Positions 16,168 to 23,713 of a stretch of 24,000 nucleotides of DNA are shown here, piece by piece. The notes under the pieces are model-generated. The model did not search any database. It was not told where the DNA came from and saw only the letters and a list, made by a program, of their open reading frames with translations. Within the stretch, counting starts at the first letter, position 1. Each line of letters starts with the position of its first letter. The position numbers were made by a program, and so were the translations under genes. The stretch is from Nitrospirota bacterium (GTDB taxonomy: Bacteria > Nitrospirota > Thermodesulfovibrionia > Thermodesulfovibrionales > Dissulfurispiraceae): contig CAWBMP010000005.1 in the NCBI GenBank assembly GCA_963790025.1, positions 271,508 through 295,507 on the forward strand. The letters run 5' to 3'.

Positions 16168-17880
16168 TTGACGTTGACCGTGAACTCTGAAGTTTTGGCT
16201 GTAAACGGAGAACGGTCAGCGACGGACCATGGTTCCCTCCTTGTCATCCCCCTGGGCGGCCTTGAAGAGATAGGCCTCAATATGACGGTTTTTCAATATG
16301 CCGGTGAACTTATAATTGTGGACGCCGGTCTTATGTTTCCGGAAGAGGACATGCTGGGTGTGGATTTCGTCATCCCTGATTTCTCATACGTTATGGAGAA
16401 CAGGGAGAAATTAAAGGGGATAGTCATTACCCATGGCCATGAAGACCACACCGGCGCCTTGCCTTTCCTGTTGAAGGAATTCAATGTACCCGTATACGGG
16501 ACTCCCCTTACACTTGCGCTCCTGAGAGAGAAACTGGTGGAGCATGGGCTGGATGACGTTACGCTCATATCGGTAAGGCCTAGAGACATTATCACACTCG
16601 GCTGTTTTTCCGTGGAATTTATCCGGGTCACTCATAGCATAGTGGATGGTGTCGGCCTCGCGATAAAGACCCCTCTCGGCACCATTATCCATACCGGGGA
16701 TTTCAAGCTCGATCCCACACCTGTCGATGGGGAACTGATGGATTTTCTCAGGTTTTCAGAGTACGGCGAAAAGGGGACTCTGCTTTTGCTTTCGGACAGC
16801 ACCAATGCGGAAAAGGGGGGCTTCACCTTTTCCGAAAAGGAAGTCAGCAGGGCCTTTGAGGACATTTTTTCGAAGGTGAAAGGCAGAATCATTATCGCGA
16901 CTTTTGCATCGAATATACATAGGATCCAGCAAGTGATAGATGTTGCGGTACAGCACGGCAGGCGGGTCATCATGTGCGGAAAAAGCATTGTCTCAAACGC
17001 ACAGATAGCCCTTGATCTCGGCTATTTGAAGATGCCCGGAGATACATGGGTCAAGCTGGAAAATCTGAAGGACCTTGCCGACGAGGAGGTCGTTATCATT
17101 ACTACCGGCAGCCAGGGCGAGCCTATGAGCGTGCTGTCGCGCATTGCCATGGATGAACACAAGCATATCAAGGTCAAGGATGGGGACACGGTTATTTTAT
17201 CGGCAAAGATGATCCCGGGCAACGAGCGCTCGATAGGCAAAATCATAAACCACCTCATGAGCAGGGGTGCGGACGTGAAGTATGAGAAGGTGTCGGAAAT
17301 ACATGTTTCGGGACACGCGTCAAAGGAAGAGCTTAAACTGATGATGAATCTGGTGCGGCCAAAGTATTTCATTCCCATTCACGGCGAATACCGTCACCTT
17401 AAATATCATGCCAGGCTGGCTGAAAAGTCGGCGATAGGAAAGGACAACACGTTTATACTCGGTGACGGCGATGTATTTGAAATTACGGAGGCGGGCGCCG
17501 CCAGGGCAGGGAAAGTGAACTCGGGGAGGATTTTTATCGACGGCAGAGGTGCAGCCGGCGTTGAAGACATAGTACTGAGAGACAGGAGGACGTTGGCCCA
17601 CGACGGTATCGTCATTGTTCTTATAGGTATTGAGAAAACTACGAAGAAAATAGTATCGGGTCCCGAGATCATATCCAGGGGCTTCGTTTTCGAGGATGCT
17701 TCACAGGATATTATCAATGAAGTGAGGGATCTTATGGCCGAAACGCTTGCCGGCCTGCAGGATGACATTATTGCTGATATATCTTTGATACAGGCAAAAC
17801 TTCGTTCGACGCTCAAGAAATATCTCAGAAACACCATGGATAGGCGACCGATGATCATGCCGGTCATAATGGAGGTATAA
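16168..17880 (+). CDS. rnj: Ribonuclease J (metallo-beta-lactamase / beta-CASP RNase).
   Basis: 570 aa ORF. Motifs: IPLGGLEEIGLNM, IIVDAG, HGHEDHTG, a beta-CASP region and HVSGHAS. There is no in-frame ATG near the N-terminus. The track start is a TTG at 16168, directly after the preceding TAA. A TTG at 16174 or a GTG at 16180 are also possible. Confidence 0.92.
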   Translation: MTLTVNSEVLAVNGERSATDHGSLLVIPLGGLEEIGLNMTVFQYAGELIIVDAGLMFPEEDMLGVDFVIPDFSYVMENREKLKGIVITHGHEDHTGALPFLLKEFNVPVYGTPLTLALLREKLVEHGLDDVTLISVRPRDIITLGCFSVEFIRVTHSIVDGVGLAIKTPLGTIIHTGDFKLDPTPVDGELMDFLRFSEYGEKGTLLLLSDSTNAEKGGFTFSEKEVSRAFEDIFSKVKGRIIIATFASNIHRIQQVIDVAVQHGRRVIMCGKSIVSNAQIALDLGYLKMPGDTWVKLENLKDLADEEVVIITTGSQGEPMSVLSRIAMDEHKHIKVKDGDTVILSAKMIPGNERSIGKIINHLMSRGADVKYEKVSEIHVSGHASKEELKLMMNLVRPKYFIPIHGEYRHLKYHARLAEKSAIGKDNTFILGDGDVFEITEAGAARAGKVNSGRIFIDGRGAAGVEDIVLRDRRTLAHDGIVIVLIGIEKTTKKIVSGPEIISRGFVFEDASQDIINEVRDLMAETLAGLQDDIIADISLIQAKLRSTLKKYLRNTMDRRPMIMPVIMEV

Positions 17881-17973
17881 CTTCTGACGGAAACTTCCTA
17901 TCCAAAAGCAGCGTCGGCATCTCCCGACAGTATCAACAGGCGGCTGGAAGAGATCAAAGGAGTTGCTGCCGTT

Positions 17974-19974
17974 TTGGGCGGCCTTTACCTGGCCCTGGCC
18001 CTTTTCAGTTACAACAAATGGGAACGGTCGCTTTTCACTTTCTCGCAGACCCCGTCCGGAAACTACGGTGGCATCGCAGGCTCCTATATTTCTGATGCTG
18101 TAGTATCACTTCTGGGACTTGCAGGTTACCTGGTGCCGCTTTTACTGCTGGTCTACGGGTTAAGGAGGATACTGAGAAAAGAAAAGAGTATCCTGCATGC
18201 ATTGGGCGTGGTCATTTTCTTCTTTTCCCTGTGTATGCTGGCGCAGCTATTGTCCGAGACCATCCGCCTTATCGTTGAGCCTGCCGGCGGACTGGTCGGG
18301 CTTTTTTCGGCAAACTTTTTTGAAGGGTTGCTCTCGCGAACCGGGACATATATATTGGGTAGCGCCCTTGTCATCATTGCGTTGGTCCTTCTGAGCCCAG
18401 TGTCCATTTTTTCATTCTTGAGAGGGGGGAAGAAAGACGAATTCCAGCGTAAGGGGCCTGCAGTTATTGTCCCGGAATCTCCGTTGTACCCCATGGAGAA
18501 TGAAGAAATACTTATAGAAAGAAAACCGCCTGCAAAAGCCCCACTGAAAGTAAGGACAGGCCTTGAAGTAAAGAGCGATAACGGCTATTCTCTCCCCTCG
18601 CTGGACTTTCTGAAAGAGGGCGAAGAAGTATCGGGACCCGGCAAGGATGAATTGAATACCATCGCGTCCGGTCTGGAACGAAAACTCGCGGACTTCGGTG
18701 TAACTGGAAAGATAAAAGGGGCCCATCCCGGGCCGGTGGTCACGATGTATGAGTTCGAGCCGGCCGCCGGAGTCAAGATCAACAGAATCGTGTCCCTGTC
18801 CGAGGACCTGGCCCTTGCTCTCCGAGCGGCGAGCATACGCGTGTATCCCATTGCAGGCAAAGCTACCATTGGTATTGAAGTGCCGAACAGGCAAAGGGCA
18901 ACGGTTGCCCTCAGGGAGATTATCGCTGCCGAAAACTTTCAGCACAGCACTTCTTTCCTGACACTCGCTCTCGGCAAGGACATTTTTGGTAATCCTGTTG
19001 TGACCGATCTGGGAAAGATGCCGCATCTCATGGTTGCGGGAGCAACCGGCTCAGGCAAGAGCGTCTCCATCAATGCGATGATCATCAGTCTGCTGTATAA
19101 GGCGGCCCCCGAAGAGGTCAAGATGCTGATGATAGACCCGAAACTGCTGGAGCTTTCCGCCTATTCCGGTATTCCCCATCTGATATCGCCGGTGATAACC
19201 AGCCCGAAGGAGGCTTCTGAAGCCCTGAAGAAAATGGTATACGAGATGGAAAGGCGATACAGGCTTCTTGCTGAAAAGGGCGCGCGGAACATAGATGCAT
19301 ACAACCGGCATGCTTCCCAGGGCGAAAAAATGCCTTATATAGTAGTTTTTATAGACGAGCTGGCTGATTTGATGTTTACAGCGCAGGGCGATGTTGAGAA
19401 TGCCATAACCCGGCTCGCCCAGATGGCGAGGGCGTCCGGCATCCATCTGATCCTTGCGACACAGCGGCCCTCTGTCGATGTCATTACCGGTCTGATCAAG
19501 GCAAACTTCCCGGCAAGGATATCGTTTCAGGTCACATCGAGAATTGATTCGAGGACTATCCTCGACAGTCAGGGAGCTGAGCAGCTGCTGGGCATGGGAG
19601 ATATGCTTCTTATGATCCCCGGCGTCAAGATTGTAAGAATTCATGGCGCCTATGTCAGCGAAACAGAGATCAAAACTGTAGCGGAATTCGTCAAGTCGCA
19701 GGGAACACCCGACTACACGTCCTTTGAAAATATTGTAGTGCCCGACTTGCAGGAGAAGGGAATTGATGGGACGGGCGAAAGGGACGAAATGTATCAGAAG
19801 GTGCTCGGTTTTGCCGAGTCTGCCGGAGAGGTTTCTATATCATCAATACAACGGAGATTCAAAATAGGATATAACAGGGCGGCGAGTATCATGGAGCTTT
19901 TTGAAGAGGACGGCCTGGTCGGGCCGCCGAGAGGGGCTGGAAAACCGAGAGACTTTCTGGGGAGGAGAGGATAA
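17974..19974 (+). CDS. ftsK: DNA translocase FtsK/SpoIIIE (N-terminal TM domain, motor domain, gamma winged-helix domain).
   Basis: Walker A is AGATGSGKS and Walker B is VFIDELADL. The C-terminal gamma-domain-like segment is SISSIQRRFKIGYNRAASIMELFEEDGLVGP. The listed start is a TTG. The true start is probably upstream, possibly a CTG at 17884 (see findings). Confidence 0.93.
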   Translation: MGGLYLALALFSYNKWERSLFTFSQTPSGNYGGIAGSYISDAVVSLLGLAGYLVPLLLLVYGLRRILRKEKSILHALGVVIFFFSLCMLAQLLSETIRLIVEPAGGLVGLFSANFFEGLLSRTGTYILGSALVIIALVLLSPVSIFSFLRGGKKDEFQRKGPAVIVPESPLYPMENEEILIERKPPAKAPLKVRTGLEVKSDNGYSLPSLDFLKEGEEVSGPGKDELNTIASGLERKLADFGVTGKIKGAHPGPVVTMYEFEPAAGVKINRIVSLSEDLALALRAASIRVYPIAGKATIGIEVPNRQRATVALREIIAAENFQHSTSFLTLALGKDIFGNPVVTDLGKMPHLMVAGATGSGKSVSINAMIISLLYKAAPEEVKMLMIDPKLLELSAYSGIPHLISPVITSPKEASEALKKMVYEMERRYRLLAEKGARNIDAYNRHASQGEKMPYIVVFIDELADLMFTAQGDVENAITRLAQMARASGIHLILATQRPSVDVITGLIKANFPARISFQVTSRIDSRTILDSQGAEQLLGMGDMLLMIPGVKIVRIHGAYVSETEIKTVAEFVKSQGTPDYTSFENIVVPDLQEKGIDGTGERDEMYQKVLGFAESAGEVSISSIQRRFKIGYNRAASIMELFEEDGLVGPPRGAGKPRDFLGRRG

Positions 19975-20720
19975 TGAAGGCAAAAGGCAACAAAAGGCAA
20001 AGGGCGAAGGGCGAAGGGCTAAAGGCAGAGGCAAGAACACAAAACAGAGAACAAGAGACAAAAAATAAAAATGGGAAGTCTGTTTTCTGTTGTTTTTCGT
20101 TTTTTGTTTTTAGTTTTTTGTTTTTAACCTTCAGTCTTTTGCCTTTAGCCATTTGCCCTTTGTCTTTTGCCGGCGACGAGGTTGCGAGGATTCAAAAGGC
20201 CTACGAGAATATAAAAGACATTAAGGGGAATTTTGTCCAGAAAAGTTACATTAAGGATTTAAAGAGAACGGATACTTACAGCGGTCAATTTTTTATAAAG
20301 CCGCCTAAAATAAAATGGGAATTCAGGGGAGACAGGCCGCAGGCGATTTATATGAATGGTGAAGAGCTGCTTATTTATCAAAAGAAGGAAAAGCAGGTCT
20401 TCAAGACAAAATTCGATAAGGCCGCTTACGGCCAGATACCTATTGCGCTGCTTGGCGGTTTTGGTGATATCAATAAAGAATTTGATGCCTCCATGAAAGC
20501 AGGGAAGTTGATACTTAAACCCAGAAAGAGGATGGGCACTATTGTCCGGATAGAGCTCACCTTGGCGGATGCGGTGTTTCCAATCGAAGCGCTTACCGTT
20601 CTGGACACGGCTTCTAATAGAATTGATATTACCCTGAAAGATGTCAAAATTAATACCGGGCTCGACGAAAGAACCTTCGAGTTCACGCCCCCTGAAGGCG
20701 TCGCTGTTATTCAACAGTGA
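19974..20720 (+). CDS. lolA: LolA-family outer-membrane lipoprotein carrier protein with an unusually long charged N-terminal extension.
   Basis: The LolA-like core reads GNFVQKSYIKDLKRTDTYSGQFFIKPPKIKWEF...LLIYQKKEKQV. The ftsK-lolA adjacency is the classical synteny. The ATG overlaps the ftsK stop (TAATG) and has GGAGGAGAGG upstream. The hydrophobic signal-like segment only begins about 37 aa in. Confidence 0.8.
   Translation: MKAKGNKRQRAKGEGLKAEARTQNREQETKNKNGKSVFCCFSFFVFSFLFLTFSLLPLAICPLSFAGDEVARIQKAYENIKDIKGNFVQKSYIKDLKRTDTYSGQFFIKPPKIKWEFRGDRPQAIYMNGEELLIYQKKEKQVFKTKFDKAAYGQIPIALLGGFGDINKEFDASMKAGKLILKPRKRMGTIVRIELTLADAVFPIEALTVLDTASNRIDITLKDVKINTGLDERTFEFTPPEGVAVIQQ
19979..20171. repeat. 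Imperfect long inverted repeat: a purine-rich left arm and a pyrimidine-rich right arm.
   Basis: The complementary blocks are correctly nested. ggcaaaag (19979-19986) pairs with cttttgcc (20164-20171). aaagggc (19999-20005) pairs with gcccttt (20155-20161). ggctaaaggca (20017-20027) pairs with tgcctttagcc (20140-20150). acaaaaaataaaaa (about 20058-20071) pairs with tttttagttttttgt (about 20107-20121). Confidence 0.55.
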
Positions 20721-20738
20721 AGTCGTGGAAGGGTAATT

Positions 20739-20769
20739 GAAGGCGGCAAGGAGTGCCGATGCCGCCTTC
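20739..20769. terminator. Hairpin between the convergent genes lolA and the Tat-protein gene. It is a candidate bidirectional terminator.
   Basis: gaaggcggca (20739-20748) pairs with tgccgccttc (20760-20769), giving a perfect 10-bp stem and an 11-nt loop. It sits in the 67-nt gap between two convergent stop codons. There is no clear U-tract on either side. Confidence 0.5.
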
Positions 20770-20787
20770 ATACCGTAAGAAATCGTC

Positions 20788-21204
20788 TCAGGAGCTGTAG
20801 TATCTGCCGTTGACTTCGTCAGCTATGATGGCAAAATTGGCCTTTGAGGTTTCAAGAGGATCGGATTTCCACGAAAAGCCAATAGAAGGCACCTCAACCT
20901 TGGCCTCAAGCTGAGCGATGGCCTTGAAGCCCTCCACACGACATTGTTTCTGCGGATCATTGAAAAATATCTTCTCGTTGGTGGCTTTCCAGACTATCAG
21001 GATATCCATCACGGCAGGAGTTGCCGGCGCCATGAACTGGGGCCATTTGGGCTGGTCAATTATGCTTAACCCCTTCATCCGAAGGGTTGCTGTCCGCCCG
21101 TCATCGCTGAACGTTAGGCCCCCCTGTGGAACGGGCGCCACCCAGTAAAGGCCACACGGCCCGACCGGGGGGTGAAAATCATGGACCTGATTCGCGGGGT
21201 CCAA
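20788..21204 (-). CDS. Hypothetical protein. It is most likely the C-terminal part of the Tat-exported protein encoded upstream, in the same frame across a TGA.
   Basis: 138 aa ORF that starts at a TTG according to the track. Its frame is identical to that of ORF 21226..21630. Only one TGA and 7 sense codons separate them. I recognise no domain. Confidence 0.55.
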   Translation of the reverse strand: MDPANQVHDFHPPVGPCGLYWVAPVPQGGLTFSDDGRTATLRMKGLSIIDQPKWPQFMAPATPAVMDILIVWKATNEKIFFNDPQKQCRVEGFKAIAQLEAKVEVPSIGFSWKSDPLETSKANFAIIADEVNGRYYSS

Positions 21205-21225
21205 CTGACCCTTAAAGAGGGTTAG

Positions 21226-21630
21226 TCATAAATGTGTAAAGGTCCCATTATGGGCTGTTCGCCCCGTGAAATATTCGCCCTGCATAAAAGAGTTATCGGT
21301 TGTTGGGTTTCCGAAGGCAAGCCGGTTCCCCTTGTTGTCTGTCCCCATGCCCGAAAAATCCGCGCAGCGGGCTATCTTACCTTTGAAATGGTAGATGTGC
21401 GATGGTTCCTTATCGAGGCCTGCCGGCTGATTGTGGCTGCCGTTCTTGTCGAGCCAGGGTATGGGAAAGGGGTACGTGCTATTGTCATAGACAAAAGGAT
21501 TCGATTCGGCAGGATTGGCTTCGGCGTTAGCCAGTCCAGGGAGAGCAGAGGCCGCCGCAAGCGCCACCCCTGACGTTAGAAAGCGCCTTCTGCTGAAGCC
21601 ACGATTAAATAATGGAATCTCCTCATTCAT
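21226..21630 (-). CDS. Tat-signal exported protein of unknown function. It is the N-terminal part and ends at an in-frame TGA.
   Basis: 134 aa ORF. The twin-arginine signal is FSRRRFLTSGVALAAASALPGLANA. GGAGGA lies 6 nt upstream of the ATG at 21630. Confidence 0.75.
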   Translation of the reverse strand: MNEEIPLFNRGFSRRRFLTSGVALAAASALPGLANAEANPAESNPFVYDNSTYPFPIPWLDKNGSHNQPAGLDKEPSHIYHFKGKIARCADFSGMGTDNKGNRLAFGNPTTDNSFMQGEYFTGRTAHNGTFTHL

Positions 21631-21795
21631 ATGTTTTCCTCCTTCTTGGATTTACACTCAAGAGGAGCGCTGAAAGCGCTCTTAATTACAATGTTAGCAC
21701 CTGATTAGAAGGCGGTCAATCGAATGGCAACGTCGCACTGATACTCATCAGGGGCTATTTTGTTTTAAAAAGGAGCGGCTGAATAGCAGCTCACA

Positions 21796-22656
21796 TCATT
21801 CGCCCACTTCAGGCACGACAGGCTTTCCCGAAAGCCAGTCGGTGATCGCGTTGACAGCCTTATCCTCGATACCAATATATCCGTGATGCGACATCGCCTT
21901 GCACGGATCTACAATCATCTTCGTGTGCTTGCCGGAGACCTTGGGGCCGTCTTCGGGAGACGAGCCGCCGTAGACCTCGATGAAGTCAACTTTAGGACTC
22001 CCTTTCAAGCGCCTTTTCAGATCAAAGGCTTCCCCGATAGGTGTCGCTGAGCACCCGTCGTCGCGGTGATGCATTAAAAGTACGGGTATCGATATCTTCT
22101 CCAGAGGCAACCCTCCAACATACTGACCTCCCATGGTCGATGTCAGGACGACCCCTTTCAGCTCTTCATCTTTCAGAACAGTGGCAAGATACGCAACGGA
22201 AATAGTACCTCTGCTCGTCCCGACAAGATAAAAGTGATCAAGCTTCTTTTCCTTTAAGAATTCGATGATCTTTTTGATGTCCTGCGCGTGCTCGGGCGAT
22301 CTTCGGAAATTATCGGACATGCCGTCTTCATGGTCCGAAGGCACATCTATGATCGCAACCGCGAATCCCTTCCGGACGAATACCGGAGATGTCCTAACCA
22401 GAAAGTTTGCGCCGAGAGTTATCTGTCCGTTATGTACTGAAAAATGTCCTTCTCCGTGGCTCCCGGGGAAAAGGAGAAGAGTCCCTTTCGATGCTGTGTC
22501 CGGTATATTAAGCAGAAACTGGATAGTCGCACCAGGCCGGGTTTCAATTTTTTGAATGCTCTGCTCAGCCTCGGCCTGATCTTTTACCATGAATGCACTC
22601 GTGACTGCAAATGCCAGTAGGAATAGAAACCGCATGGTCGATTTATTTTTCTTCAT
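21796..22656 (-). CDS. Secreted alpha/beta-fold hydrolase (dienelactone hydrolase / esterase-like).
   Basis: Signal peptide MKKNKSTMRFLFLLAFAVTSAFM. The nucleophile elbow is LVGTSRGT (G-x-S-x-G). Overall length and pattern fit an alpha/beta hydrolase. The track start is a GTG at 22665. The ATG at 22656 has GGGGTGA 5 nt upstream, so I prefer it. Confidence 0.8.
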   Translation of the reverse strand: MKKNKSTMRFLFLLAFAVTSAFMVKDQAEAEQSIQKIETRPGATIQFLLNIPDTASKGTLLLFPGSHGEGHFSVHNGQITLGANFLVRTSPVFVRKGFAVAIIDVPSDHEDGMSDNFRRSPEHAQDIKKIIEFLKEKKLDHFYLVGTSRGTISVAYLATVLKDEELKGVVLTSTMGGQYVGGLPLEKISIPVLLMHHRDDGCSATPIGEAFDLKRRLKGSPKVDFIEVYGGSSPEDGPKVSGKHTKMIVDPCKAMSHHGYIGIEDKAVNAITDWLSGKPVVPEVGE

Positions 22657-22838
22657 ACTTGTCACCCCGCCAAATTATTTCCCGGAACAATCATTCCGGG
22701 CCATCTGTTCATTCAAATCGATTTGAGGTATATATATTTTTTCAAAACAATCAACCTGTCATAAAACAATGCGAGATTAAATATATCACATTCCTTACTA
22801 TCCAGTTACCGGCTTTATTCTCTTTGGACAGCTGTCGC

Positions 22839-22869
22839 TTGACCTCTATCCGATAACTACACATATAAT
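22839..22869 (+). promoter_or_regulatory. Candidate sigma70-type promoter for the FGE-domain gene.
   Basis: TTGACC lies at 22839-22844 and TATAAT at 22864-22869. That spacer is 19 nt, slightly long. CATATA at 22862-22867 would give 17 nt. The site lies in an AT-rich divergent intergenic region about 25 nt upstream of the AAAGGGG SD and the ATG at 22892. Confidence 0.35.
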
Positions 22870-22891
22870 AAACATATTAAAGGGGACCCAT

Positions 22892-23713
22892 ATGAGTGTG
22901 AATGCACATATTTTGCGAAATGGGCTTTGGGCGTGCTTGCTTCTCTTATCATTTGTGTCCTTCCTGCATGCCGCCGACGAAATGGCAGCGATTGGTACTA
23001 AACCACAGACAGGAGGGGCCACATACCGGGATTCCAGTACCGGCATGGAGTTCGTTTATGTCAAGGGTGGATGTTATCAGATGAAGTATGTGATGGGCAA
23101 TAGCAAATTGTCGCAAGAAAAGTCTGTTGATGAAGTCTGCGTGGACGATTTTTACATGGGGAAATATCCCGTGACGCAGGGACAATGGAAAGCAGTCATG
23201 GGAAATAATCCTTCATACTTTAATGACTGCGGGGACAATTGTCCTGTTGAGCAGGTCAGTTGGAATGACGCACAGGAATTCATATGTAAACTGAATAGTC
23301 GTTCAGGGGAGAACAAATATCGTCTGCCAACAGAAGCAGAATGGGAATATGCGGCAAGAAACGGTGGAAAAAACGAGCAATATGCAGAAGGCAAAGATGT
23401 TGAGAGTGTCGCGTGGTACGCTTCTAACTCCGGCAGAAAAGAAACGCATCCTGTAGGAAGCAGGACGGCAAACGGGCTTGGCTTGTATGACATGCATGGC
23501 AATATTTATGAATGGTTGCAGGACAGGAGTTACGGCAGTTACTACACCAATAGTCTGAGAAAGAATTCTGATGGCCCAGTTTCCAGCGGTGGCCGCGTTG
23601 TTCGGGGCAGCAGTTGGGGCCACGGACCCGGTTACTCGCGGACTTCCCCCTCCTTCTACCTCCCGGTCAATCGTAACTACCTTATTGGGTTTCGTCTTCT
23701 GCGGACTCAATAG
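22892..23713 (+). CDS. Secreted formylglycine-generating-enzyme (FGE/SUMF1) domain protein.
   Basis: 273 aa ORF with an N-terminal signal peptide (LWACLLLLSFVSFLHA). FGE-sulfatase family motifs are present: YPVTQGQW, YRLPTEAEWEYAARNGG, GLYDMHGNIYEWLQD and VVRGSSWG. Confidence 0.9.
   Translation: MSVNAHILRNGLWACLLLLSFVSFLHAADEMAAIGTKPQTGGATYRDSSTGMEFVYVKGGCYQMKYVMGNSKLSQEKSVDEVCVDDFYMGKYPVTQGQWKAVMGNNPSYFNDCGDNCPVEQVSWNDAQEFICKLNSRSGENKYRLPTEAEWEYAARNGGKNEQYAEGKDVESVAWYASNSGRKETHPVGSRTANGLGLYDMHGNIYEWLQDRSYGSYYTNSLRKNSDGPVSSGGRVVRGSSWGHGPGYSRTSPSFYLPVNRNYLIGFRLLRTQ

Noticed and set aside
18412-19644. Minus-strand ORFs 18412..19026 (204 aa) and 19051..19644 (197 aa), antisense to ftsK.
   Set aside because: They are shadow ORFs opposite a gene with clear Walker A/B and gamma-domain motifs. 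They have no recognisable features of their own.
19889-20152. Minus-strand 87-aa ORF with a K-rich N-terminus and a hydrophobic tail at the ftsK-lolA junction.
   Set aside because: It is the mirror image of the lolA 5' end. It is produced automatically by the purine/pyrimidine palindrome and gives no independent evidence for a gene.
20259-20771. Minus-strand ORF of 170 aa, antisense to lolA.
   Set aside because: It overlaps the LolA-like coding region completely and would run through the convergent-gene hairpin. It has no motifs.
20788-21630. Genome-wide reassignment of TGA (to Trp or Gly) as the explanation for the in-frame TGA.
   Set aside because: copA, the CheY-like receiver and the downstream half-ORF itself all end at TGA exactly where their protein families end. 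TGA therefore functions as a stop in this genome.
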